Shown: positions 12,101-20,474 of the stretch, piece after piece
Position numbering within the stretch: the stretch's first letter is position 1
How the letters are laid out: every line of letters starts with the position of its first letter
IMG/VR virus record: IMGVR_UViG_3300017598_000263
Coordinates: 7,047-71,046 of that record
DNA from: a virus
Strand: one strand, 5' to 3'
Length of the DNA: 64,000 nt
Translations under genes and position numbers: made by a program
The notes under the pieces: generated by a model
Database searches by the model: none
What the model was told of the DNA's origin: nothing
Seen by the model: only the letters and a program-made list of their open reading frames with translations

Positions 12101-12467
12101 TTTGTATCGTCATTTAATGGAAAATGAAAATATGAGTTCTGAAGATGCACGTATAAAAGTTCTTGATTCATTCCCGGATTACAAAGAGAACATGCCTATT
12201 ACTATAAAAGAATTAAGTAATAACGGTATCATTATGTTCCCATCGTTCTGGTTAAGAATTCAGAAAGTTATATACCATACAGTTAAAGACAAGCCAATTA
12301 ACTTAGCTACTGAGATGTTGCTTCAAGATATGGTTGGTAGTAATTTGAATACAATTATGGGAGCAAATGTAGTTAACAAGTACAATGAGTTTGGTGGAAT
12401 ATTCCATACACCATTTGAACCTATGAGTCTTGCTACGTTTGTACCTGTAAACTTATTTAAGTGGTAG
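6174..12467 (+). CDS. Virion-encapsidated single-subunit RNA polymerase with zincin-like HExxH domain and C-terminal domain
   Basis: T7-superfamily motifs: A SSDATASGG (about 7845-7871), B RNLAKDPTMVFVY (about 8148-8186), HSIDS, C VVHDE (about 8772-8786). HEITH at about 9360. Only Cys is residue 5. Confidence 0.85.
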   Translation: MAKFCSIINNIFDKYIYAVDQIAEIQKLKDKPLRFNVWATEQSHVKNLFKKNGIKDLPATEGMDNSPHVITKIKNAVRRVNESEALDSAEKFMEDIIGSDDNIELSIALHEIMESVKGESDKARNLGIDIVGISKTSVLPVVPMSRVAASIGRKIVFQTGHRFRSNKKNRVTSADIETLYYTAGKMALEMLAEKKYISINDTLPSIKDYLTEAELRKESANINAVTKKGKEVRTVALNEKKLGIKAESTANYFLNRTESDLADTKLGVIADALRAVREITQPSTIVNPHTEGNIASEEDLRDLDDDNVNPDPISDSVRQELYKNPLYVNNSIHGLMGLLNREVKKTGDSGSKIMRSLLGTNSKGLIDSLFGIKRSDDFSKDKKESIAGQNLSKTTPLDDLAENYDVIQGDGANPVGLHLPMKQGRNIRFYYHNSVLNPHGSKHSRYTLTSGKYTVDMNSADFKKLVHGISEAIGDSKLTLDNFVGKTDSKLNTALKVYEDYKAYINKGSLSSAVAEVGKLAKIFPGTDYVSLLTGLQAVQDIRTTPVNGKITTEFLGSSDATASGGTQTFMQALGTKESVTKFLRKLGMLKNADGNAEVKMRDLYAIMENGIKDFIAGKSIEGLSGQELKVDKDEKLTGSRLLMAKTVELLFDNGDNLRNLAKDPTMVFVYKQREFGAVDTMARNLADRIVDNLNSKKVRSYLSTLLDDTEYDTADIKDLNSRTGLYQKIVTAVKDTGLTSDLYNILKATVDNQYLEHYNSRLESVWKFVEDLDLDTNFKILPAGAVLSGKENNINDLKQFGMPISKVHEIAHEVGDTGDVILTREQKLAKSVAEVSTVHSIDSAQLYHALDRVMKKPEFKGMGAVVVHDEVRGPVSLVRAVEVEYRNITKEITQKYDIHQQILLAVAAYNPEVVNDPKYKALMTEINGHVEEKNKIISNSFNEDTDALIGDNAKIKEFAGEVEVETKKETKQETKPETKKEKSTPAKKALSILEDLAGESEIIAKFLKSVNSSKIEMGDDNKFYSGDDQITISGTDIGRGAGESLDMSKPGDRKLQKELIEHEITHANTVALIAKELSRVGQSETKRELQYFNKAIENLNKLLPNIIKNSIEGNLNDETYDRVTYVLNQKNEADKLAEFIAIMTTEPEVAADIYKMLSKENPNLLERIKAFINKVKTEYLGISAKDLDNEIDVEKLYGALVNTVATGETQREQQYAEAKVWLSAYKRNYGAGNTEQVKANEKRKGKLNYLNYTVASMMNSKLEKNGQRLIGKLHDTMKSVFPMYFDVANKINGIYDSSEALQQFYNTVTGEGSDKVLKADLLAQAHKLMAQQTAITNDQMGKFNELLGKMSAKEKATIGRFVNEMPLHDYFVLADEFKTEEAIATEVTKLEKKIRKLKQKEAINDVDSLIAWNVLHDEDTKGTIYNLETKYPISDDSDFGILVRKLLALKSIQAIEKTEEGSGNFEKLLENTDLVNLLKDTSVANKLSLLENNGTGRLTDSGVANYWKEPFVTEVIELSDLKRYENGENTGWKVLRHPTTNSLGVVYKYIIDSTNIGGAYTDVKLKSADITVTGTKMKYKELVDAPDKTRKLRLTTEEKTELGLVDDFSQNLVRSTSHSMAIQDSQILRDGILRKETRMVIGKNVTELVDTIKAENVHSPWFVQFEGGVSWEDIDPSRPDLDEATRKQYKMIRAKYKPVGNRASNVKGFDKEIHLVKKDIAHWLMGGSSQSLFSNPKYKWAARVVKDLIAASKISMVVLNPLKIINDNISNIAYIGVMGASPLFIAKNYKDITRDFQEYSDLQRQIVQLKVQMVARPNSKKLEKKVEALRKQVDKNPLAGLQDRGFINSLGSDLVAKNADTLSGLQADIHSALEYLLVNKKGNKRYISHFIAQLHSIGGNGEDFLKYLGSLAKKAGKDGKGAAKELDQVYDRLKEIRTDEDIVNYVSQYTTSPGAETVRIGSSITDLTDVLAKETLYRHLMENENMSSEDARIKVLDSFPDYKENMPITIKELSNNGIIMFPSFWLRIQKVIYHTVKDKPINLATEMLLQDMVGSNLNTIMGANVVNKYNEFGGIFHTPFEPMSLATFVPVNLFKW

Positions 12468-12482
12468 AAAAATTTCTACCAC
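12461..12482. terminator. Hairpin at the convergence of the late and middle transcription units
   Basis: GTGGTAGAAA-aa-TTTCTACCAC perfect 10-bp inverted repeat overlapping the vRNAP stop. Confidence 0.6.
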
Positions 12483-12490
12483 CTTGTAAG

Positions 12491-12673
12491 TTAATCTCGA
12501 TATTCTTTGTCTTTGAATAGTTCATCATAATTGAAGAAGAGGTAGGCAATAAAGCCTACCCCTCCTAGTACAACTAAAAGAAGTAATACATAGGCAAAGT
12601 AGAAAGAAGCAATCAACATACCACCAGCTAGTATAGCGGTAATAATTGATTTAGAGACAGCTTCTACTGCCAT
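12491..12673 (-). CDS. Small membrane protein
   Basis: 60 aa with two hydrophobic helices; last gene of the minus-strand operon. Confidence 0.6.
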   Translation of the reverse strand: MAVEAVSKSIITAILAGGMLIASFYFAYVLLLLVVLGGVGFIAYLFFNYDELFKDKEYRD

Positions 12674-12675
12674 TG

Positions 12676-13371
12676 TTACTCTGCTTCTTTATTCTTACCG
12701 AAACGCTTTTTACCGAAAGCTGGAGCTTTCTTACCACTATCACCACCATCTGTTGGTGTATCACCAGCAGTACCTTCAGGACGACCAGCAGCAATCCAGG
12801 CAGCGATTTGTTCAGGTGTAACACCATTTTTATACGTAATGTTATTTACATACTTTTGATCACCTTCGTAGCCTTTACCAACATCAGACTCATTAACAAT
12901 TTCTTCAGCAGTAGCTTTATCTTCTGCACGATAGAAACCTTTAATAATTTTCTTTTCTTTGATATCACCATTGAAAGCGTCATATTCCATTTGAATACGT
13001 ATTAATACGTCAATGTCAGCCAGGTCTTCAAGAACTGCACAATCCTTCATCTTTTCTTTCTTACCAATAGGTAATTCAGTATCGATAGGATCAGCTACAT
13101 CGTCAACACCTGCAATAATCATTAACTGATTAAAGATTTTTGCACCAATTTTATTAGGTGAATCATCGTTATTAGTAACACGAAGATTTCCATAAACTAT
13201 TTGATTCTGACCATTGTGTTCAACGAACATATCTACTGAAGTAGAACCACCGTTAGATACACTAACAACAGGAGCGATAATATTTACTGGATAAATACCT
13301 GAACCGTTGATGTAGTTTCCACCTGATTGTTTAACGTCTTCAGCTTTCTTACTTGCTTTTGCGAATGCCAT
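12676..13371 (-). CDS. Single-stranded DNA-binding protein (N4 gp45-like)
   Basis: 231 aa with a flexible tail ending in PAFG. Follows a Sak4-like ATPase as in N4 gp44-gp45. GAGG RBS. Confidence 0.65.
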   Translation of the reverse strand: MAFAKASKKAEDVKQSGGNYINGSGIYPVNIIAPVVSVSNGGSTSVDMFVEHNGQNQIVYGNLRVTNNDDSPNKIGAKIFNQLMIIAGVDDVADPIDTELPIGKKEKMKDCAVLEDLADIDVLIRIQMEYDAFNGDIKEKKIIKGFYRAEDKATAEEIVNESDVGKGYEGDQKYVNNITYKNGVTPEQIAAWIAAGRPEGTAGDTPTDGGDSGKKAPAFGKKRFGKNKEAE

Positions 13372-13560
13372 GTTTTTTACCTCACAGAGATTATTAGGGT
13401 TGGCACCCTATGGTTTAAAACGTAATAGCCAAATTACTATTACGAACATTAGATAGCTTACTCAATGGCAAGTAGACATTTTGTGTCGCTTTTCCTGATG
13501 AGTGAAGCTGGAATTAAGTACTAGTCTGTTCCTAGCAGTCAGGGTCTGTAATCGGAGAAA

Positions 13561-14223
13561 TTATAAAGACCATTTTTCAGCTTTACTTTGTTTTTCCATT
13601 AAATGTTCAATATGCTCTTGTAGATTAAATTCTTCAACAGGCATACTGTCTGGAAGATCTGCAGTAGTTGTTCTAGAAACCATTTTAGAATTGCGGAAAT
13701 GAACAATACGCTTTTTACTTTTCAATTCAACAAATATTGCTTCATCAACTTCAGATAACATACCGCCTTTCTTACCGTAGCTTCCACCTGCATTAACCAG
13801 GGAGTAACCAGCTACATCTTCATTATAGATAGCATGAGATACTAAAACGATATTAAAGTTAGGAGCCATATCACGTTCAATGAAATCTACTACTTTTTTA
13901 ATTTCAGTATTAACTTTACCATAAGGAAATGACTTAACCTGTTCCAGTGTATAACCTTCTATATCAAGTAATACTTTAGAGATAGAATCTATAGCAATGG
14001 TCTTAGGTAATTTATCAAATTTTTCTTCATAAGCTTCAACTTTTTCAACAATTATATTTGTGAATTGATCAGCTGAAGTAAAGTCAGGTACGTTTACATG
14101 AGGTTGTTCAAATGGATATTGTTTACCATCTCTGGCAATGACTAAAGTATCAGTCAATGTTTGTAGTAATGTTGTCTTACCAATATTAGGTAAGCTACTT
14201 AATAGTAGTTTTACATTGCTCAT
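13561..14223 (-). CDS. AAA_24/Sak4-like ATPase (N4 gp44-like)
   Basis: Walker A LPNIGKTT, Walker B IAIDSIS, LVSH motif. Confidence 0.8.
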   Translation of the reverse strand: MSNVKLLLSSLPNIGKTTLLQTLTDTLVIARDGKQYPFEQPHVNVPDFTSADQFTNIIVEKVEAYEEKFDKLPKTIAIDSISKVLLDIEGYTLEQVKSFPYGKVNTEIKKVVDFIERDMAPNFNIVLVSHAIYNEDVAGYSLVNAGGSYGKKGGMLSEVDEAIFVELKSKKRIVHFRNSKMVSRTTTADLPDSMPVEEFNLQEHIEHLMEKQSKAEKWSL

Positions 14224-14239
14224 TTTTTATTCCTCTTAT

Positions 14240-14443
14240 TTATGTATTAGCAACATTAGATATTAATGTAGCAACTGTATCGCAATCTGTTGTAGTAATA
14301 ATTACTTCACCATCAGTTAACTTAATAACTGTAGAACCTAAATCTGGTTCAAAAGTTTGAATACTAGCTACATTAATAAAAATACAAATATTACGTTCAT
14401 TTTCACTAAGGTCTACTTTAATAAAACTTACAGGTTTTGACAT
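14240..14443 (-). CDS. Hypothetical protein
   Basis: 67 aa, GAGG RBS, packed in the operon. Confidence 0.55.
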   Translation of the reverse strand: MSKPVSFIKVDLSENERNICIFINVASIQTFEPDLGSTVIKLTDGEVIITTTDCDTVATLISNVANT

Positions 14444-14453
14444 TTTTTGTTCC

Positions 14454-14687
14454 TCAAATAGGTTGAATGATAATTCTTGAAATGTATAAGAATATACTTA
14501 TAAAAATTCCAGCGGTAAGAGCAGTAACCATTCCTTGGAAAGTTCCAAAGAAAAGAAAAGTAAGACCTGCTGAAATAATAATGTCTGCTTGCCAATGATA
14601 TTTGGCAAAGAACTCAAGATTTATCTTAAACATTATTATACCAAATGCTAGTGCTGTTAAAAAGCCAATTCCTAAAGTTTCAAGCAT
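14454..14687 (-). CDS. Small membrane protein
   Basis: 77 aa with three hydrophobic segments; GGAG RBS. Confidence 0.6.
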   Translation of the reverse strand: MLETLGIGFLTALAFGIIMFKINLEFFAKYHWQADIIISAGLTFLFFGTFQGMVTALTAGIFISIFLYISRIIIQPI

Positions 14688-14688
14688 A

Positions 14689-14868
14689 TTATGCTCCAGA
14701 TTTATCAGTTAAATCTACTGGTTTTACTTGACGAGTAGCTTGTTCAGTTACTTCAAAAAATCCTGCTTCTGAATTAGGATCTCGTTGAATTTTCATAGCT
14801 TCTATTGCAGCTTCTTCATGTGAATCAGCTTCAATATCTATAGTCCAACTTACAAGGTAACTTGTCAT
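14689..14868 (-). CDS. Hypothetical protein (59 aa, below the ORF-track cut-off)
   Basis: MTSYLVSWTIDIEADSHEEAAIEAMKIQRDP...; fills the gap exactly, with GGAG upstream. Confidence 0.6.
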   Translation of the reverse strand: MTSYLVSWTIDIEADSHEEAAIEAMKIQRDPNSEAGFFEVTEQATRQVKPVDLTDKSGA

Positions 14869-14869
14869 A

Positions 14870-15667
14870 TCATTCTCCAGTTCTTAAACGAGGATCATGC
14901 CAAATTATATGAGTTAATTCAGGATGCTTCTTAGTAGCTTTTAAACTATCTACACACAGTTCTAATAAGCCTTCAATAAAATCAAAGTCTTCATCCGTAA
15001 CAGTTTCAGTAAGTATAGTAACTTCCGGTGGATATGACTTTAAAGGTTTACCAGTTTTTTCACTAATACCGCCATCAATATGACGATTAACATAAGCCAA
15101 TCGAATACGAGTTGGATTGTATCCTTTAGATTTAAGAATATAACCATACACCAATAGCTGATACTTATAGTAAATAGGAATTGATTTAGGTTTAGTTTTA
15201 GAATTATATGTTTTGTAATCAACAATCATACAATCAGACTTAATACCTTCTATACGATCCAGTGTACCACCAGCGTAATAATCATCTACTAGTTCAACTA
15301 CATGTTGAGTTTCAGCTTCAAGCATTTCATGCTCTAAAACATAGTAGTTAACTAAACATTCAGCCATTAAAGGATACTGATGACGAACTACATCAGGATC
15401 ATAATCATCATGAATATCTAATGAATCAATATATTCTTCAATAATTTTCTTATTTACTTCCTGTTCTTTAGAAACCATCTCTGCACAGTAATGCACAATA
15501 GTCCCAATCACAGTAGATGTATTATGTGTGAAAGGATCTTCCTTTAACACTTCAGAACGGTACCAAGAATGCGGAGTTTGAATAAATTTAGAAAAAGCAC
15601 TAGGACTTATTTTAAATACTGCATTATCAGGCACAGTAGCTGGTACATAAACTAATGGATTAGTCAT
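14870..15667 (-). CDS. PD-(D/E)XK (Cas4/RecB-like) exonuclease
   Basis: ISPS...GTIVH, GTLD, IVDYKT and YQLLVY motifs. Confidence 0.8.
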   Translation of the reverse strand: MTNPLVYVPATVPDNAVFKISPSAFSKFIQTPHSWYRSEVLKEDPFTHNTSTVIGTIVHYCAEMVSKEQEVNKKIIEEYIDSLDIHDDYDPDVVRHQYPLMAECLVNYYVLEHEMLEAETQHVVELVDDYYAGGTLDRIEGIKSDCMIVDYKTYNSKTKPKSIPIYYKYQLLVYGYILKSKGYNPTRIRLAYVNRHIDGGISEKTGKPLKSYPPEVTILTETVTDEDFDFIEGLLELCVDSLKATKKHPELTHIIWHDPRLRTGE

Positions 15668-15942
15668 TTCGTTTTATATCCTTTATCAGTATGAACTCTC
15701 GGATCATGAAAAATTTGATTCATTTCTTTAGGAGTTACGTTTTTACGAAACATTTGCGTATTACCTTGTTTAGGATGATCCATACAAGTAGCAACTGTCA
15801 TTTTTGTAATGTAAATATTAATACGATTATCTTTACGTTCACCATTAGGCTTAGTAAAACTAGCCATACCAATATTTTCTTGGAAAGTTAAAAATTTCCA
15901 ATCATGTTTTTCAGCTAATTCTTTTATTTCATCAATATCCAT
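15664..15942 (-). CDS. Hypothetical protein
   Basis: 92 aa, coupled to both neighbours; HP..G.TQ.FR...PRVHT.KGY motif. Confidence 0.6.
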   Translation of the reverse strand: MDIDEIKELAEKHDWKFLTFQENIGMASFTKPNGERKDNRINIYITKMTVATCMDHPKQGNTQMFRKNVTPKEMNQIFHDPRVHTDKGYKTK

Positions 15943-16202
15943 TAAAAACTCCTTAACAAATTTTTTACATAACGAGTATCAACGGATATATCGTATTTTT
16001 CTTTAAACTGTTCAGCATGATCACGCAATACACCAGCTACACCAGTTGCTTTAGTAGTTTTAATGATATGCCAACCGTTAGGACTCCGAGTGTTAACTTG
16101 ATAAGTCATTTGACCATTAATTATTCTATCTTCAACAACAGTTTGTACGCCAATAGGAAAACGTTGGTCATAAGGTACTTCAGGATCACTTGTAGTAGTC
16201 AT
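15942..16202 (-). CDS. Hypothetical protein
   Basis: 86 aa overlapping the polymerase stop codon. Confidence 0.55.
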   Translation of the reverse strand: MTTTSDPEVPYDQRFPIGVQTVVEDRIINGQMTYQVNTRSPNGWHIIKTTKATGVAGVLRDHAEQFKEKYDISVDTRYVKNLLRSF

Positions 16203-17995
16203 AATGTCTCCAGAATAGCCTGTATCTCATCAGTTGAAGCGTTATTTTTAACTTTATGCAGATCTGCCCAATTAAGACCAATCTCGCCTTCAGCTGTATT
16301 GTGAATAGTCTCAGACTCAAGGTATTGCACACACATAAGCTCAATCAGATTATCATTTACCCACTTAATTATTTCAGAATCTCTATAACACAAGGTATAA
16401 ATACTATCGTAAATAGTGGAATTAACTTTAACCACATCTTGAAGATTTTCTTCACGAATACGATAGTTAAATTCATTAATAGCAATAAGAGTTAAAATGC
16501 TCCAAAATTGGACAGTTGCATTATTTAGAGTACGTATCTGCTGACCAGCATTCCCACAATACAACCTGCAACCCAACCCAAGATGAATATAACCATTACG
16601 GTTTGCCGTTGGAAGAACGTACTTCTCCCGATACTCCGTAATACCTGGGTAAAGTACATTATGATAGTTATCAAAAACTTCTTGAGTAATAACACCACCT
16701 TTGTCTGCATCAGGATACCCTCCATAAGCTAGTTTAAATGTTGGACCTTTGGATTTCTGACGTAAATCACCTAGTACAGCGTGTTTGTCGTCCACCAGAC
16801 GCTTAAATTCCTTAACGTATGACACATTATCCGTATTATCACCCATAACGACTCTAATCAGCTCAGGATAGTAGCCACAGGCATTTAATGAGTGTCCATC
16901 CAACCCTTTAAGGAAGATATTACATTTGTTCTCATCACCAGATAGATTAGCAATTACCCGGTCTTCTAGAGCACCCAGGTCAGCTGTATAAACAATATGG
17001 TTATCAGGAGCCACAAAACACTTTTTAAGTGGTTTAGCGTACACAGATTTAGTACTAGGGGCATTCAGTAGATTAGGACTATTTGACGTATTTCTAAAAC
17101 TCTTAGCACCAAATAGCTTAATGTTTCCATGTAATACACCATCTATTGTGAATTTATCAAAAGCTTTAAGGAAATTGGTTTTAATAATGCTACTTGAAGA
17201 ATAATCAATAAATGCATTAAGGGCATTTAACAAATCACCTTCAGGAGTTTGTCTTTGTACAATTTCTAGTTGATCTCTTCCCCAAGAAGCTTCTCCAGTA
17301 TCTTTACTATGAGCTAATGGTTCAATTTCCTGCATTTCAAAAAATTCTTTCATCTGTTTATTACTGCCTGGATTAAATGCATCCAGAACTACAGGTATTT
17401 CAGCTTTCTCATATCTAGGACGATTCCATAGATCTAGCTTATATTCAGCTAAAGCAACCATGGCATCTTTTACATACTTATTGTCTTTTAATATTCTCTT
17501 ATTGCATAATGCATCAAGAAAAGAATCTTTAAGAAAAATATTATAAGTTTTTAAACTTTTCAAAGTCCATTTATCAGAAATATCTTCTGTTTTTCGAATA
17601 ACCTTTAAATAGGTATTAACTACCCAAGTACGATGTAAAACATCTTTATCGTTAAAGTCTTTTAAATAGTATTCAATTGTTCGTACAGATTGTGTACATT
17701 TTTCAGCATAAGCTTTTTGAGCATACGGTAAACGTTTAAGTTGAAATGCTTTAATAGTTGGATTAGATTCTAATCGTTCAGAAACACTAGCCAATACTTT
17801 TTCAACAGTAATTCGTAAGTCTTCAACAGCTTTTTGATCAATACATAAACCAGTATCCATCATCTGAATCATGTCAGGAATAAAGTGTTTAGCAAAATTA
17901 TTATAGAAAAAATCAGGTTCATCTACACTAGGATCAAAATCCTTTGGCATAGGCATTGGAAGACGATTCCAAGGGCGTATAAATTCATTACTCAC
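16199..17995 (-). CDS. DNA polymerase family A, polymerase domain only
   Basis: Motif [10 protein letters not shown], motif [15 protein letters not shown], motif C variant IYDS; also FNPGSNKQ and SPNLLN. Likely GTG start at 17995 after GGAG. Confidence 0.85.
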   Translation of the reverse strand: MSNEFIRPWNRLPMPMPKDFDPSVDEPDFFYNNFAKHFIPDMIQMMDTGLCIDQKAVEDLRITVEKVLASVSERLESNPTIKAFQLKRLPYAQKAYAEKCTQSVRTIEYYLKDFNDKDVLHRTWVVNTYLKVIRKTEDISDKWTLKSLKTYNIFLKDSFLDALCNKRILKDNKYVKDAMVALAEYKLDLWNRPRYEKAEIPVVLDAFNPGSNKQMKEFFEMQEIEPLAHSKDTGEASWGRDQLEIVQRQTPEGDLLNALNAFIDYSSSSIIKTNFLKAFDKFTIDGVLHGNIKLFGAKSFRNTSNSPNLLNAPSTKSVYAKPLKKCFVAPDNHIVYTADLGALEDRVIANLSGDENKCNIFLKGLDGHSLNACGYYPELIRVVMGDNTDNVSYVKEFKRLVDDKHAVLGDLRQKSKGPTFKLAYGGYPDADKGGVITQEVFDNYHNVLYPGITEYREKYVLPTANRNGYIHLGLGCRLYCGNAGQQIRTLNNATVQFWSILTLIAINEFNYRIREENLQDVVKVNSTIYDSIYTLCYRDSEIIKWVNDNLIELMCVQYLESETIHNTAEGEIGLNWADLHKVKNNASTDEIQAILETL

Positions 17996-18527
17996 TTTTA
18001 AATCTCCGGTTGTTTGCCTGTTCTTTCCAAGTAGCCCATCTGCAATTATCTGGTGAGTACCCTTTATCATTATTGATACGATCAATTGTTAAATGTTCTT
18101 CATAACCATTAGCTAAAGCCCATTGATAAAATTTTTCTGAATCATGTCTCCATTCATCACAAACTGTAATACCACGATCTTTATAAATACTTGCTTTATA
18201 TTCTTCACAATTTTCATTGTGACAACGATTTTTCATTGAAGCTAATGTACGTTTTAGTCTAGGATACTTAAACCCTGTATTTCTTCGTCTTATACCTTCT
18301 ATTTCATGCGAACAAGGTTTACAACTATTTATGCTTTTTAAATGCCTAACAGGAGTTTGAAAATTTTGTTCACATACAGGACATTTAACTGATACATATC
18401 GTCTTTTACTTTTTCCATTAGGTTCTAGCATTCCTAAATCTTCAATTATTTGTAATTGAAAATCATCTTGATTAAGTGGTTTAAATTTTTTATTAAAAAG
18501 TAAATTATGAGAAATTTTAATTGTCAT
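17988..18527 (-). CDS. HNH homing endonuclease
   Basis: MKNRC...RGITVCDEW...[28 protein letters not shown], with N-terminal CxxC pairs. Confidence 0.85.
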   Translation of the reverse strand: MTIKISHNLLFNKKFKPLNQDDFQLQIIEDLGMLEPNGKSKRRYVSVKCPVCEQNFQTPVRHLKSINSCKPCSHEIEGIRRRNTGFKYPRLKRTLASMKNRCHNENCEEYKASIYKDRGITVCDEWRHDSEKFYQWALANGYEEHLTIDRINNDKGYSPDNCRWATWKEQANNRRFKSE

Positions 18528-18557
18528 TACATATCCTTAAATAGTTCATATGGACAT

Positions 18558-18585
18558 ATATTAACATATTAAATAAACATGTCAA
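18558..18585 (-). promoter_or_regulatory. Sigma70-type promoter for the HNH gene
   Basis: TTGACA-16-TAATAT with TGn extension. Confidence 0.55.
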
Positions 18586-18610
18586 ATCTTTCATATGGAC
18601 GCATAATTAC

Positions 18611-19277
18611 TCACTCTAATTTAAACTCTTCATTTTTGTTGTGCAAAGTATCAACAGAGCACCCAATAGTTTTCTTAATATTGTTTAACTGTTTATCAGT
18701 GATAACAGCATTATCAATATTCCGTTGTAAAGTTTCTAATTCTAATAGAATTGTTACAACTCTTTTTTCAACTCTTTCTAGAGGACCTCTCATAGAACCT
18801 CCTCACTTATCCCTTCCATCAGGTTCACCATAAAAGCTAATAAGTGCATCGTTTAATGTAGGATAAACACATGCAGATGGTTGTCTATCAAATGATCCAC
18901 CAAAAGTATAAGGCCATGCAATATGTCCTTCCCATCTAATGGTAGGAAAGCTAAGTGGAGAAAGAGATATAGTTAAATGTTTATCTTCTAAACTTCGTAA
19001 ACAAATGTGATAACTTTTAGCACAAGTTACTACCCATTCACCTATAATACCGTCAAAAATATCACCAACAGATAAACTAGTTGTATCAATCATTTTTGTT
19101 CTCCGTTATTGTGTAAAATTGATTATTATATTCACCATAAATATCAATTTGTCTTAATACTTGCATACGATCATAGTTATCCATAAATCGTCTAAATTGA
19201 ATATCAGTTTCAATTATCTCTTGATGTTTAGAACCTTTATAAAAAACTTTTAAAGGAACTTTAAGATTAATATTCAT
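18611..19277 (-). CDS. Three small hypothetical ORFs (18611-18793, 18803-19093, 19086-19277) between the polymerase halves
   Basis: Tightly packed with RBS-like sequences. Confidence 0.55.
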
Positions 19278-19279
19278 TA

Positions 19280-19936
19280 TTACTCTACTCCCATATAACC
19301 TTTAATGTCATACCAAAGTTTAAATGTTGCAGCTCCATCAATACCTGCATATTGCAAGAATTTAGGATCTTTTAAATTATCAGGTTCATATTCATCTACC
19401 AGAACCCACATAGGATCATAGTAAGATCCCATTAAATCTTTCAAACCAACTTTAGATTTCCATACATCAGCATTATTAGTTAAACACTTAGCTAATAGCT
19501 GTGTATCTTCATAGTTAATTGGAAGTGTTCCAACACGGTTATACATAATTTTTAAATCAAATAATGTATTATGGATAAGAAGTAAACCTTTATAGTTAGC
19601 TACCCATTTCCATATCATCATTTCTAATACAGGATCATTACAAATAAGTATTACACTCTCATGATCTGATATACCAAATACAAAATGCGTAACATTAACT
19701 AATGATGGAAAACTTAATCCACTATTAGCTTCTATTTGTAAAGCAATAGCTTTTTTATCTACTGGTATATTTTCTTTTTTCAAGTATTCTCTAGCTTCTT
19801 TACGTTCAGTTTTAGAATAAACACCAGCAGTTTCAGTATCGAAACTCAATGTATAATACGTAGCTAATCTGGCTAATGCTTTACGTATATGCCATTTATT
19901 TGCATATACTTTATGGGTAACTTTAATTATAGACAC
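19280..19936 (-). CDS. Stand-alone DnaQ-like 3'-5' exonuclease (PolA proofreading domain)
   Basis: ExoI FDTET, ExoII HNTLFD, ExoIII YAGID. Confidence 0.85.
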   Translation of the reverse strand: MSIIKVTHKVYANKWHIRKALARLATYYTLSFDTETAGVYSKTERKEAREYLKKENIPVDKKAIALQIEANSGLSFPSLVNVTHFVFGISDHESVILICNDPVLEMMIWKWVANYKGLLLIHNTLFDLKIMYNRVGTLPINYEDTQLLAKCLTNNADVWKSKVGLKDLMGSYYDPMWVLVDEYEPDNLKDPKFLQYAGIDGAATFKLWYDIKGYMGVE

Positions 19937-20074
19937 TACTTATGCCTCTCGATTTCTTGAATATGATATACCTCAGTACAGTAGTACTAACGAGGATACT
20001 TAAGAACAAGGCTTCTCACCCATACGAAGGTTTCGGTTTAGATCATGTTCTTAACTTTTAAGAGAACACTCTTT

Positions 20075-20473
20075 TTATTCTAATAAGCCATCAAGGGAAT
20101 TATCATAAAATGTTCCACTAATGTTTTCATTTAAATACAACGGATCAAATATAGCATCATGATGAAACATTAAAGCAGCTTCTAAATACGTAGCAGCTTT
20201 CTTAGTACTACATTGATAAAGAATTTCTTTAACTTTAATGGTTAACCCACTTGTAGTCTCATGACTACCTTCATATTTCACAAAAGGTAAACGTGTCATT
20301 ATTCTTCGACAACGTTTCTTGCCTTTCAAAGGGGGCTTCTTGCGTTTAGATGCTATACATTTTTTACCAATATATTTTTGTCCATTAGTATATTCAATCA
20401 TGTAAACAAAATCAGTGCACTTAGATAAAAGATCATCGTGACATAATATTTCTTTACCTTTGTAAATCCACAT
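20075..20473 (-). CDS. GIY-YIG family nuclease
   Basis: FVYMIEYTNGQKYIGKK...E...LNENI; likely start MWIYKG at 20473. Confidence 0.7.
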   Translation of the reverse strand: MWIYKGKEILCHDDLLSKCTDFVYMIEYTNGQKYIGKKCIASKRKKPPLKGKKRCRRIMTRLPFVKYEGSHETTSGLTIKVKEILYQCSTKKAATYLEAALMFHHDAIFDPLYLNENISGTFYDNSLDGLLE

Positions 20474-20474
20474 A

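Noticed and set aside
13494-13520. CTGATGAG hammerhead-like core on the plus strand
   Set aside because: No stem II-GAAA or stem III follows, and it is antisense to the operon.
14870-15667. Cas4-like nuclease suggesting a CRISPR system
   Set aside because: No repeat-spacer array or other cas genes are seen; it is an ordinary phage replication-module nuclease.
17988-19280. Group I intron joining the exonuclease and polymerase genes
   Set aside because: No recognisable P7 or other core elements; the interval holds ordinary ORFs and pol has its own RBS and start.
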